DNA of 60,773 bases, filler included. It is 5 parts of 5 records of this genome, joined end to end, with 100 filler letters (N's around TTAATTAATTAA, not from the genome) between each part and the next. Parts side by side here need not be neighbours in the genome. Positions count along the whole stretch, not along the records: positions 33,493 to 60,773 come from DRR723986_43448; 4 more parts are not named here. The stretch is one strand, 5' to 3'. A program made the position numbers and the translations under genes. The notes under the pieces were generated by a model. That model was not told where the DNA came from. It did not search any database and saw only the letters and a list, made by a program, of their open reading frames with translations. This document shows, in pieces, positions 39,938-50,130 of the stretch. The stretch's first letter is position 1. Every line of letters begins with the position of its first letter.

Positions 39938-40100
39938 TGCTAATGCCTGAAAATACAGGTATTTCTCGTTTTATTTAATTGTCAATAAGCATGCAAAGAT
40001 AAGATTATTTTAAGGATTATGACAAAGTGTCAGCTATTATATTATTTGATTATCTCATAAAAATAGGTTTCTTTTGATGTACTAACCAAATACAATATAA

Positions 40101-40910
40101 ATGAGAACAAATGATATTCTGCAACGCATTCAAAATGCAAAAGATCTCGATTTTGGAGATTTATTCAATAGATCTATAGAGCTTTTTAAGAAAGTTTGGG
40201 TGCAAGGTTTGGTTACCTTGTTATTAAATATGGTATTAGCTATTCCTGTAATGCTGATGATTTACATCCCTTTAATAGTTATGGGATTAATGGATGGTTA
40301 CATGTCTAGTTATGATGCTTATGATCCTTATGGTTCGTATTCGCAACCAGAGGTGAGTCCTATAATGCTTATAGTAATGCTGTTACTTTATCTTGTGGCT
40401 ATGGCTGCGTTAAGTACAATTGCTTTTGGACTAAAAGCAGCATTTTACAGAATCTGTAAGATGAAAGACTTAGAGCAGATGGGTAAAGAAGATTATTTCT
40501 ATTTCTTTAAAAAGCCATATTTACAGAAAACAGTAACTATTGCATTGGCTTATATTGGTATTTCTTTATTGGCAACATTGCTTTGCGTAATTCCGATTAT
40601 TTATGCGATTGTACCATTGACTTATATGATTGTTATTTACGCCTTTAACCCGGATTTATCAATTTCAGAAATAATAAAGTTAAGTTTTGATTTGGGTAAT
40701 AAGAAATGGTTAATCACCTTCGGAATTGTTATTGTTGCTAGTTTACTGGCTGGTATTGTTGGTATGCTAATGTGCTTAGTAGGTATTTATGTTACAGCAT
40801 CCTTTAGTTATTTGCCACCTTATTTAATTTATAAAGATGTGGTAGGATTTGAAGATGAAAATGAAAATCCTCAGATAGAAGAAAATGCATCTATATTAAT
40901 AAGAAGTTAG
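40101..40910 (+). CDS. Uncharacterised integral membrane protein
   Basis: Several hydrophobic helices; full-length ORF. Confidence 0.75.
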   Translation: MRTNDILQRIQNAKDLDFGDLFNRSIELFKKVWVQGLVTLLLNMVLAIPVMLMIYIPLIVMGLMDGYMSSYDAYDPYGSYSQPEVSPIMLIVMLLLYLVAMAALSTIAFGLKAAFYRICKMKDLEQMGKEDYFYFFKKPYLQKTVTIALAYIGISLLATLLCVIPIIYAIVPLTYMIVIYAFNPDLSISEIIKLSFDLGNKKWLITFGIVIVASLLAGIVGMLMCLVGIYVTASFSYLPPYLIYKDVVGFEDENENPQIEENASILIRS

Positions 40911-40929
40911 TATATTTTATTTGATACAA

Positions 40930-41382
40930 ATGATTAAAATCACGGCACTGAGAAAATACATAGTGTTATTATGCTGTTGTGTATTATTAATGAATACGCA
41001 GTGCGATGAAGATAATGACGGTAATCCATCTCAGTTTTGTGATGAATTGGTGATTATTAATAATGATCAGTATCAAAATATGCAGTCTGATTTTTATAGT
41101 CTGGTAAACGCTACGATAACCAATAATTGTTTAGAGGTCACTATTTCGGCCAGTGGTTGTTCTGGCGAATCTTGGGAAATGTCATTGGTAGATTCTGGAG
41201 ATATTGCAGAGTCAATGCCACCACAACGGTATTTAAAGTTTGTGCTGGTTAATAATGAAGTATGTTTAGCAGTTTTTAGTAGAACAATATCCTTTGACCT
41301 TACTCCTTTAGAAATACAAGGATTAAATGAGATTACGCTCAATATCGAGGATTTTCCTGAAGCGTTAAGCTATAATTATTAA
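40930..41382 (+). CDS. Hypothetical lipoprotein
   Basis: MNTQC lipobox-like; SGC...AESMPPQR...CLA motif; start codon uncertain. Confidence 0.7.
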   Translation: MIKITALRKYIVLLCCCVLLMNTQCDEDNDGNPSQFCDELVIINNDQYQNMQSDFYSLVNATITNNCLEVTISASGCSGESWEMSLVDSGDIAESMPPQRYLKFVLVNNEVCLAVFSRTISFDLTPLEIQGLNEITLNIEDFPEALSYNY

Positions 41383-41408
41383 AAATGTATCTTAGAAATA
41401 TTTAAGAC

Positions 41409-41437
41409 AAAAAGCTCAGTTAAAAACTGAGCTTTTG
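41409..41437 (+). terminator. Intrinsic terminator
   Basis: AAAAGCTCAGT-loop-ACTGAGCTTTT. Confidence 0.8.
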
Positions 41438-41543
41438 TTGTTTTTAGGCATGTTAAAAATACGATAAAATGCATGCTATTTAAGACCAAATTAGGTTTGT
41501 ATCTTAATTTTCATATACATTTGTAACCTCAAAAAAATAAAGA

Positions 41544-44051
41544 ATGCCGAAGAATCTAGTTATTGTTGAGTCACCTGCAAAGGCAAAAACCATAGAGAAA
41601 TTTTTAGGAAAAGATTATAAGGTTGAGTCCAGTTTTGGGCATATAGCCGACTTACCTTCCAAAGAATTAGGAGTAGATGTAGAAGGAGATTTTAAGCCAA
41701 AATATCAGGTCTCAAAAGACAAGAAAGATGTCGTTAAGAAATTAAAAGAACTCGCTAAAAAAGCTGAAATGGTTTGGTTAGCAAGTGATGAGGATCGAGA
41801 AGGAGAGGCAATAGCCTGGCATTTAGCAGAGACCTTAGGATTAGATAAAGAAAAGACAAAGCGTATTGTTTTTCATGAGATTACAAAAAGCGCTATAAAT
41901 AAAGCTATTGAGAACCCAAGAACTATTGACTATAATTTAGTTGATGCACAACAGGCAAGACGTGTGTTAGATCGTATTGTTGGCTATGAATTGTCGCCAG
42001 TACTATGGAGAAAAGTTAAAGGAGGTCTATCAGCAGGTCGAGTGCAGTCAGTCTCGGTACGGTTAATAGTAGAGCGCGAGCGCGATATTCAAAACTTTAA
42101 ACCAGAGGCGTCATTTAGAGTTGATGCTGAGTTTAGTACGCAAGATGGTAGTTCATTTAGAGCAAAATTACCTAAGAATTTTAGTTCAGAAGAAGAAGCA
42201 ATAAATTTCTTAAATGCTAATTTAAAGGCCATATACGCGGTTTCAGATTTGCAGAAAAAACCTGCAAAGAAGTCTCCGGCAGCACCATTTACCACTTCAA
42301 CATTGCAACAAGAAGCTTCTAGAAAATTAGGATTTTCTGTGAGTAGAACAATGAGCAATGCACAGCGTTTGTATGAAGCAGGTTTAATCACCTACATGAG
42401 AACAGATAGTGTTAACTTATCTGAGGAAGCTAAAAAAGGAGCAGAAAACGAAATTGTTTCGGCATTCGGCGCATCATACAGCAAGCCAAGAAATTACAAA
42501 GGTAAATCTAAAGGTGCTCAAGAAGCTCACGAAGCGATTAGACCAACAGATTTTTCAAATCACACGGTACAAGTAGAACGTGATCAGGCGAGACTATATG
42601 ATTTGATTTGGAAACGTGCTATTGCATCTCAAATGAGTGATGCACAATTAGAACGTACAAATTTAAAAGTTCAAATTGATTCTCCTCAAAACGTAAGCGA
42701 ACAATTTACGGCTAATGGTGAAATTATAACCTTCGATGGATTTCTTAAAGTTTATTTAGAAGGAACAGATGATGAAGAAACAGAGCAAGAAGGTTTACTG
42801 CCAGATTTAAAGATTGGTGAGTCCTTACAGAATAGATATATCACTGCAACGGAGCGTTTTACAAGATTACCTGCAAGATTTACTGAAGCCTCATTGGTAA
42901 AACAATTAGAAGAATTAGGAATAGGTAGACCATCTACGTATGCACCTACAATTTCTACAATACAAAATAGAAATTATATAGAAAAAGGAACTAATGAAGG
43001 TGATACGAGAAATTACAAGCAACTGGTTCTAGAACAAGGTGAAATATCTGATAAAGCACTAACAGAAAAAGTAGGTTCTAATAAAGGAAAACTTGTACCT
43101 ACTGATATTGGTATGATTGTAACAGATTTCTTGGTAAATCATTTTGAAAGTATTTTAGATTATAATTTCACGGCTAAAGTAGAAGAAAGTTTCGATGACA
43201 TAGCAGAGGGAAAAGAAGATTGGAGAGCTATGATGAAAGATTTTTACAAAGGCTTTCATCCTCAGGTTGAAGATGTGCAAGAAAATGCAGAACGAGAATC
43301 TGGTGAACGTATATTAGGTACAGATCCTAAAACAGGTCGTCAGGTAAGTGTAAGGTTAGGTAGGTTTGGGCCAATGGTCCAAATAGGTACAGCTGAAGAA
43401 GAGGAAAAACCAATTTTTGCAAGTTTATCACCAGACCAACAATTAAACTCAATTACATTTGAAGAAGCTATGGATCTTTTTAAGCTTCCAAAAGCATTAG
43501 GTCATTACAAGGATGATGAGGTTGAGGTAAATAATGGTCGCTTTGGTCCGTATGTGAGATTCGGTAAAAAGTTTGTGTCTTTACCAAAGGGCGTAGATCC
43601 TTTGAGTGTAGAATTAGATGAAGCAATAGAATATATAAAGGAGAAAGAAAAAGCAGATGCTCCTATATATATGTATCAAGGTTTGGAGGTGACTAAAGGA
43701 AAAGGTCGTTTTGGTCCATTTATAAAGTGGAACAACATGTTTATAAATGTGAATAAAAAATACGACTGGGACAATTTATCTGAAGAAGACATTGTAACTT
43801 TGATAGAAGAAAAAATTCAGAAAGAAAAAGACAAGCTAATTCATGTTTGGGAAGAAGAGGGTATCAGAGTAGAAAAGGCAAGATGGGGAAGGCATAATGT
43901 TATTAAAGGAAAGCAAAAAGTTGAATTGGCAAAAACTGTCGATGTTTCTAAAATGACTTTAGAAGAGGCGAAAGCTATTTTAGAGAAAAACGCCCCTAAA
44001 AAGAAAACTCGAAAAACTACAAAGAAAAAAACCACAGCAAAAAAGAAGTAA
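41544..44051 (+). CDS. topA: DNA topoisomerase I
   Basis: VIVESPAKAK, DEDREGE, SAGRVQS, GLITYMRTDS, GRFGP C-terminal repeats, Lys-rich tail; TACATTTG promoter at 41516. Confidence 0.98.
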   Translation: MPKNLVIVESPAKAKTIEKFLGKDYKVESSFGHIADLPSKELGVDVEGDFKPKYQVSKDKKDVVKKLKELAKKAEMVWLASDEDREGEAIAWHLAETLGLDKEKTKRIVFHEITKSAINKAIENPRTIDYNLVDAQQARRVLDRIVGYELSPVLWRKVKGGLSAGRVQSVSVRLIVERERDIQNFKPEASFRVDAEFSTQDGSSFRAKLPKNFSSEEEAINFLNANLKAIYAVSDLQKKPAKKSPAAPFTTSTLQQEASRKLGFSVSRTMSNAQRLYEAGLITYMRTDSVNLSEEAKKGAENEIVSAFGASYSKPRNYKGKSKGAQEAHEAIRPTDFSNHTVQVERDQARLYDLIWKRAIASQMSDAQLERTNLKVQIDSPQNVSEQFTANGEIITFDGFLKVYLEGTDDEETEQEGLLPDLKIGESLQNRYITATERFTRLPARFTEASLVKQLEELGIGRPSTYAPTISTIQNRNYIEKGTNEGDTRNYKQLVLEQGEISDKALTEKVGSNKGKLVPTDIGMIVTDFLVNHFESILDYNFTAKVEESFDDIAEGKEDWRAMMKDFYKGFHPQVEDVQENAERESGERILGTDPKTGRQVSVRLGRFGPMVQIGTAEEEEKPIFASLSPDQQLNSITFEEAMDLFKLPKALGHYKDDEVEVNNGRFGPYVRFGKKFVSLPKGVDPLSVELDEAIEYIKEKEKADAPIYMYQGLEVTKGKGRFGPFIKWNNMFINVNKKYDWDNLSEEDIVTLIEEKIQKEKDKLIHVWEEEGIRVEKARWGRHNVIKGKQKVELAKTVDVSKMTLEEAKAILEKNAPKKKTRKTTKKKTTAKKK

Positions 44052-44057
44052 TACACT

Positions 44058-45224
44058 ATGAATTTTAATTTTCTAACGCCTGTTTCAGATGCGGTCTTAG
44101 CTCATACAGAACTAATAGCGCAACAAGCGCTAGGGAAAAAAATTAAAATCCATTCACGTCAAAATGGAATACCAGATTTAGACGATGTTCAAATCGCTAT
44201 AATTGGAGTAAAGGAAAATAGAAATGATGTTAATTATATGGGTAGCATCATTAATTTCGACTCTATCAGAAAAACACTTTACACATTATTTCCTGGTAAC
44301 TGGCACACTTTAATTGCAGATCTTGGTGATATAGAACCTGGTGAATCTGTAGAAGACACTTATTTTGCGATTCGTACAGCAATAACAGTTTTAGTAGAAA
44401 AAAATATTATACCTATTATATTAGGAGGTAGTCAAGATTTAACCTATCCTAATTATCGTGCATATGATAATGTAATACCAATGGTAAACATTGTTAATGT
44501 AGATACAAATTTTGACCTAGGAGACGCTAACTTACCAATTAAGAATAATAGTTATGTTGGAAAGGTTATTGTAGAGCAGCCTTATAACCTGTTTAATTAT
44601 ACAACGATAGGATATCAAACTTACTTCAATTCACAAGAAGAGATTGACCTTGTTGAAAAATTATATTTTGAAGCCTACAGATTAGGAGAGGTATCTGGTA
44701 ATATTAATTTTGTTGAACCCTTATTAAGAGATGCGCATATAGTATCGGTAGATTTAAAGTCGGTACAAGCTTCGGAAGTGAGTGATAACCAAAAATATTC
44801 ACCAAACGGATTTACAGGAAAAGAGATTTGTGCAATAAGTAGATATGCTGGTATAAGTAATAAAGTATCTTCATTTGGTATATATGAATATCATGGGTCT
44901 AAAAATGACAGTGCTACGTCAATGTTAGTAGCGCAAATGATATGGTATTTTGTAGAAGGAGTTAATTGCCGAGTTAATGATGATGATTTTCAAAATGAGA
45001 AGTACTATCAAAAGTATAATGTGTTAGTAGAAAGTGACGAACTCATCTTTTATAAAAGCTTAAAAACTGGACGCTGGTGGATTGAAATTCCTTTTTTACC
45101 AGATGTTAATAATAAATTAAAAAAGCACACGTTATTACCATGCATGCACTCCGATTATGGGCGTGCAACGTCGGGTGAAATACCAGAAAGGTGGTATAAA
45201 GCCTACAGGAAGAACAGCTTTTAA
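44058..45224 (+). CDS. Arginase/formimidoylglutamase-fold protein
   Basis: IADLGDI, ILGGSQDLT, SPNGF.G.EIC. Confidence 0.8.
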   Translation: MNFNFLTPVSDAVLAHTELIAQQALGKKIKIHSRQNGIPDLDDVQIAIIGVKENRNDVNYMGSIINFDSIRKTLYTLFPGNWHTLIADLGDIEPGESVEDTYFAIRTAITVLVEKNIIPIILGGSQDLTYPNYRAYDNVIPMVNIVNVDTNFDLGDANLPIKNNSYVGKVIVEQPYNLFNYTTIGYQTYFNSQEEIDLVEKLYFEAYRLGEVSGNINFVEPLLRDAHIVSVDLKSVQASEVSDNQKYSPNGFTGKEICAISRYAGISNKVSSFGIYEYHGSKNDSATSMLVAQMIWYFVEGVNCRVNDDDFQNEKYYQKYNVLVESDELIFYKSLKTGRWWIEIPFLPDVNNKLKKHTLLPCMHSDYGRATSGEIPERWYKAYRKNSF

Positions 45225-45228
45225 AATA

Positions 45229-45293
45229 TGCATTTCATCGAGGATTAACACAATTTTAGTCGATGAAATGCACAATTTTAAGGATGAAATGCA
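45229..45293. promoter_or_regulatory. Direct and inverted GATGAAATGCA repeats upstream of gldK
   Basis: 13-bp perfect IR (45229-45241 / 45260-45272); direct copies at 45262 and 45283. Confidence 0.6.
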
Positions 45294-45384
45294 AAAAAAA
45301 TTGAAAAAAAGTTGTTTTTTCGGAAATATATAAATATGTTTACGTCCTTAAAATTAAGGACGACTAATTTAACCTCGAGTTACT

Positions 45385-46737
45385 ATGAATATTAAGAAGT
45401 TTATTTTACTAACCACTGTATTAGTTTTGGTTGCCAGTTGTAACTCTGGTGATCGTGGACAATTAGTAGGTGTTAAAGGTAAAAAATGGCACCCAGAAAA
45501 GCCTTATGGTATGACTTTAGTGCCAGGCGGAGCTTTTATTATGGGAAAATCAGATGATGATTTAGCTGGCGTACAGGATGCACCTACAAAAACAGCAACC
45601 GTACGTGCGTTTTATATGGATGAAACCGAAATTACAAATAGCGAGTATCGCCAATTTGTATTCTGGGTACGAGATTCTATATTAAGACTCAATTTAGCAG
45701 AAATGGCTGATTTAGAAGGTAAGACTCCAGGAAATGGAGATATTGGTGAATTTGCATATTTAGATGCAGATCCGGAAGAACTAAACGCTTACGAAAGTTA
45801 CATGATTAATACTTATGGTAATGATCAGCGTAAAATAAATCGTGATGTTGAGTTATACTTTGATACTGATGATTACCCAGACGAATTATATGCAGAAGTT
45901 ATGGACGGTATGTATTTACCATTAGAAGAGTCTTATAATGGGCAACGTACTTGGGATGTGAAGCAATTCAAATTTCAGTATACATATATGGATATACAAA
46001 AAGCTGCTAAGGACAGAAGCTTAAAGCGTTCTGAAGTAATTGTACAACAGGAAGTAGAAGTATATCCAGATACAACAGCTTGGATTAGAGATTTCGCTTA
46101 TTCTTATAACGAGCCAATGCATAATGATTATTTCTGGCATGATGCTTATGGAGATTATCCAGTAGTTGGAGTGTCTTGGAAACAAGCACAAGCTTTTTGT
46201 CAGTGGAGAACATTATTCCATAATGGTTACCAAAGAAGTAAAGGTAAACAACCAGTGAATTCATACAGATTACCATCTGAAGCAGAATGGGAGTATGCAG
46301 CACGTGGTGGTCTTCAAGGAGCATCTTATCCTTGGGGAGGACCTTACACTAAAAATGATAGAGGATGCTTTATGGCTAACTTTAAACCATTAAGAGGTGA
46401 CTATGCTGCAGATCAAGCTTTATATACTGTAGAAGCAGACGCTTACGATCCTAATGACTTTAACCTTTACAATATGGCAGGTAATGTGTCAGAATGGGTT
46501 AATGGTTCTTATGATCCAGCCTCTTATGAATACATATCAACAATAAATCCTAATGTAAATGATCCTGATAATGCGCGTAAAGTAGTGCGCGGAGGATCTT
46601 GGAAAGATGTTGCTTATTTCTTACAAGTTAGTTCTAGAGATTATGAGTATGCAGATTCTGCTAGAAGTTATATTGGTTTCAGAACAGTTCAAGATTATAT
46701 GGGAACAGAAGTAACCAAAAACGCAGCGACAAACTAA
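45385..46737 (+). CDS. gldK: Gliding motility / T9SS lipoprotein GldK
   Basis: VASC lipobox; FGE-like motifs RLPSEAEWEYAARGG and MAGNVSEW; gene order. Confidence 0.95.
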   Translation: MNIKKFILLTTVLVLVASCNSGDRGQLVGVKGKKWHPEKPYGMTLVPGGAFIMGKSDDDLAGVQDAPTKTATVRAFYMDETEITNSEYRQFVFWVRDSILRLNLAEMADLEGKTPGNGDIGEFAYLDADPEELNAYESYMINTYGNDQRKINRDVELYFDTDDYPDELYAEVMDGMYLPLEESYNGQRTWDVKQFKFQYTYMDIQKAAKDRSLKRSEVIVQQEVEVYPDTTAWIRDFAYSYNEPMHNDYFWHDAYGDYPVVGVSWKQAQAFCQWRTLFHNGYQRSKGKQPVNSYRLPSEAEWEYAARGGLQGASYPWGGPYTKNDRGCFMANFKPLRGDYAADQALYTVEADAYDPNDFNLYNMAGNVSEWVNGSYDPASYEYISTINPNVNDPDNARKVVRGGSWKDVAYFLQVSSRDYEYADSARSYIGFRTVQDYMGTEVTKNAATN

Positions 46738-46822
46738 AAACAATAAATAAAACAAATAACCCAAATTAAATTAACCTACTTAAGTTACATCCATTAACTT
46801 AAACTTAAAAACTAAACAAATT

Positions 46823-47455
46823 ATGGCACAAAAAGGTAAACTAACGTTAACAAACATGATCTACGGATTAGGAGCAGCAATCGTAATCGTAGGAGCATTA
46901 TTCAAAATACAGCACTGGCCATATGGTTCTGAAATCCTAACATTAGGTATGATTGTAGAAGCATTGGTATTTACATATTCTGCTTTCGAAAAGCAACAAT
47001 CAGAATTAGACTGGTCTTTAGTATATCCTGAATTAGCAGGAGGACAAACTTTAGGTAAAAAGAAGAAAGAAGAACCAAAAGATGCTGAAGGATTATTATC
47101 TAAAAAATTAGATAACTTATTAAAAGAAGCAAAAATTGATGGTGAGTTAATGGCGAGCTTAGGTGATAGCATCAAAAATTTTGAAGGTGCTGCTAAGAGT
47201 ATTAGCCCAACCGTAGATTCAATGTCTGCTCAGAAAAAGTACAGCGAAGAATTATCGTTAGCTGCTGCACAAATGGAGTCTTTAAATAGTCTTTATAAAG
47301 TACAGATGGAAAGCGCTAATCGTCAAGCTGCAATTAACGAAGAAGCAGTAGAAAACGCTACTAAGTTAAAAGAACAAATGCAATCATTAGCATCTAACCT
47401 TTCATCATTAAATGGTGTATACGGTGGAATGCTTTCTGCAATGAACAAAAACTAA
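46823..47455 (+). CDS. gldL: T9SS motor subunit GldL
   Basis: YGLGAAIVIVGALFKIQHW, DWSLVYPEL, LNGVYGGMLSAM. Confidence 0.97.
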   Translation: MAQKGKLTLTNMIYGLGAAIVIVGALFKIQHWPYGSEILTLGMIVEALVFTYSAFEKQQSELDWSLVYPELAGGQTLGKKKKEEPKDAEGLLSKKLDNLLKEAKIDGELMASLGDSIKNFEGAAKSISPTVDSMSAQKKYSEELSLAAAQMESLNSLYKVQMESANRQAAINEEAVENATKLKEQMQSLASNLSSLNGVYGGMLSAMNKN

Positions 47456-47505
47456 TTAGTTTTTATTAATCGATTTAATTAATTAACATTTAAAAACTAA
47501 TTACA

Positions 47506-49077
47506 ATGGCAGGAGGAAAATTATCTGCAAGGCAGAAAATGATTAACTTAATGTACTTGGTATTTATTGCTATGATGGCGATGAATATGTCTAAAGAAGT
47601 ACTATCAGCTTTCGGTTTAATGGAAGCAAAGTTCTCAGCATCTAATACAGTTGCTGATGAGAAGAATGACGCATTACTTTCTGATTTAGCTACAAAAGCT
47701 GAAGAAAAACCAGCTGAGTTTGCTGTGCCGGCTAACAAAGCTGCTCAAGTAAGTATTGTATCGGATAAATTCTATAAGTATGTAGAGTCTTTAAAGCAAG
47801 ATTTATTAAGAGAAGGTAACTACAAAATAGTTGCTGAAACTGGTAAATTACCTTTTGAGGCAATGGATAAAACAGATATTCTTGACGAAGCTTGGTTTAC
47901 AGGAGATCGTTATACTAAAAAAGGTCAAGAAGTTGTTGGAAAAATCCAAGAATATAAAGACGAGATTAAAGAGATTTTAGGATCAGATGTAAAGTACCAA
48001 AAGGCTATTGAACGTTTTGAAAGTCGTTTTAGCTTAGATAAGGTAGAGAACAAGGACGGTAAAAAAATCGATTGGTTAAACTATCATTTCCAAGGATTCC
48101 CAGCTATTGCATCATATACTAAGCTTACAGCTATGCAAAATGATGTAAAGGTTACTGAAACTAACTTATTCAACCTATTTATGGGTAATACGTTAGATGA
48201 AGCAGTATCTCTTAAAAAATATCAGGCAATTGTACTAGCTGATAAGTCGGCTTTCTTTGCTGGTGAAAAATTCCAAGGTAAAGTAGTGTTAGGTAAGTAC
48301 GCTAATGTTACTCCTACAAAGTTAACCGTACAAGGCCAAGAGATCAATGTTGCTGAAGCTGTAGATTCTACAGGTGCTGCTACTTTAGATTTCAATGTTG
48401 GAAATGTAGGTGAACATGATATTGATGGTAAATTTACATTCTTAGAAGATGGTAAACCATTAGAAATTGATATCATAGGTAACTATGTCGTTGTGCCAAG
48501 ACCAAATTCTGCTACAATATCGGCTGATAAGATGAACGTTGTTTATCGTGGTGTTGCAAATCCAATGACTATTTCTTTTGCTGGTGTTCCTGATAATAAA
48601 GTTCAGGCTAATGGAACAGGATTAAAGCCTTTAGGTAAAGGTAAATATGTTATGAATCCAGGTACAGGTAGAGAGGTTACAATTAATGTAACAGCTACCT
48701 TAGATGATGGGTCTAAAGCGAGTGATAAAAAGACGTTTAGAATTAAAGATATTCCAAAACCAACCGGTACTATTGCTGGTAAAGATGGTTTAGTTAGATT
48801 ACCTAAGCGTAATGTAGAAATAGGTACTGTGGCAGCTAAATTAGACGATTTTGTATTTGATTTACCAATCAATGTAACATCATTTAAAGTTAAAGTTCCT
48901 GGTCAACCAACAGTTGCCGTTGCAGGTACTAAGATGAATAGCCAAGCTAAGGCTGCTATTGCTAGAGCACGTAAAGGTGATGTTATTGCAATTTTTGATA
49001 TTAAAGCAAAAATTGCTGGAAATGCAAAATATCAGTTAAAAGGTGTGTCACCAGTAACTGTAGAAGTTACTAACTAA
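47506..49077 (+). CDS. gldM: T9SS motor subunit GldM
   Basis: RQKMINLMYLVFIAM.AMN, KMNVVYRGVANP. Confidence 0.97.
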   Translation: MAGGKLSARQKMINLMYLVFIAMMAMNMSKEVLSAFGLMEAKFSASNTVADEKNDALLSDLATKAEEKPAEFAVPANKAAQVSIVSDKFYKYVESLKQDLLREGNYKIVAETGKLPFEAMDKTDILDEAWFTGDRYTKKGQEVVGKIQEYKDEIKEILGSDVKYQKAIERFESRFSLDKVENKDGKKIDWLNYHFQGFPAIASYTKLTAMQNDVKVTETNLFNLFMGNTLDEAVSLKKYQAIVLADKSAFFAGEKFQGKVVLGKYANVTPTKLTVQGQEINVAEAVDSTGAATLDFNVGNVGEHDIDGKFTFLEDGKPLEIDIIGNYVVVPRPNSATISADKMNVVYRGVANPMTISFAGVPDNKVQANGTGLKPLGKGKYVMNPGTGREVTINVTATLDDGSKASDKKTFRIKDIPKPTGTIAGKDGLVRLPKRNVEIGTVAAKLDDFVFDLPINVTSFKVKVPGQPTVAVAGTKMNSQAKAAIARARKGDVIAIFDIKAKIAGNAKYQLKGVSPVTVEVTN

Positions 49078-49138
49078 TAGTTTTTAGCAAAGTAAAGTGT
49101 CAATAAAAGAAGAACCCAAATTATTAATACAAAGTAAG

Positions 49139-50053
49139 ATGAAATTTAAAAGCTTTATATATGTCGGATTAGCATTGTTTGCAACACAAACTATGTTTGC
49201 TCAGGCTAATATCTTAAATGCCAAAATCCCTGAGGAAATTGGTATGAAAACAGAAGCACAATTACTTCTAGATAACGACGAACCGTTAGAATATGGTTAT
49301 GTTGATGATAGAGATATCTTATTTTCTAAAATGACTTGGGAAAAAGTTGTCTTAGATGAGCGTGCTAATTTCCCGTTATATTTTCCGGTTGATACAATGA
49401 ATATGAGTAAAGACAGACGTTCCTTATACCATGTATTAATGGAAAACATTAATAGCGGAATGATAAGCAAGGTTTATGCGGATGGATATTTCACTACTGA
49501 AAGAACAATGGAAGATTTAGCTCCATCCTTAAGAAAGCAGGAAATTACAGATGAAGGTATTGAGTGGATGAACGCTGAAGGTGTTTCTGATCCAGACATG
49601 GTGCCAGAAGAATATGTAATTAAGCGTGAAATTGGAGCTGCAGATATTAGTTCATATTTAATCAAAGGTCTATGGTATTTTGATAAGCGTCAGGGAGAAT
49701 TAAAGTATCGTATCTTAGGTATTGCGCCAGCAGCACCAGATGTAAACTTTATTGATTCTGATGACGAGGCTAATAAAGAACCTATCGGTTTATTTTGGGT
49801 ATTTTTCCCAGAAATAAGAGATATTCTTCATAAGGCTAAAGCTTTCAATAACAAAAATAGTGCGGCACCTATTTCTTTTGATCATTTATTAAACAGTAGA
49901 CGTTTTAATGGATTAATTTACAAGGAAGAAAATGTTTATGGTGATAGAGAAGTTAAAGAATATGTAGCTGAGAATGCTTTAATGCAGCTTTTAGAATCAG
50001 AACTTATCAAAGACAAGATTAGAAACTTTGAACAAGATATGTGGAGTTACTAG
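49139..50053 (+). CDS. gldN: Gliding motility protein GldN
   Basis: WYFDKRQGELKYRILGIAP, IRNFEQDMWSY; follows gldM. Confidence 0.93.
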   Translation: MKFKSFIYVGLALFATQTMFAQANILNAKIPEEIGMKTEAQLLLDNDEPLEYGYVDDRDILFSKMTWEKVVLDERANFPLYFPVDTMNMSKDRRSLYHVLMENINSGMISKVYADGYFTTERTMEDLAPSLRKQEITDEGIEWMNAEGVSDPDMVPEEYVIKREIGAADISSYLIKGLWYFDKRQGELKYRILGIAPAAPDVNFIDSDDEANKEPIGLFWVFFPEIRDILHKAKAFNNKNSAAPISFDHLLNSRRFNGLIYKEENVYGDREVKEYVAENALMQLLESELIKDKIRNFEQDMWSY

Positions 50054-50075
50054 TTAACCTCATAAATTAATAATA

Positions 50076-50104
50076 AAACGCTCACTAATTTAGTGGGCGT
50101 TTTT
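50076..50104 (+). terminator. Terminator of gldKLMN
   Basis: AAAACGCTCACTA-loop-TAGTGGGCGTTTTT. Confidence 0.8.
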
Positions 50105-50130
50105 AGTTTATTGGTTTTATTTTTGCACTT

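Noticed and set aside
45385-46737. GldK as the formylglycine-generating enzyme for the sulfatase
   Set aside because: The FGE-like fold is normal for GldK, and the sulfatase is on a different contig
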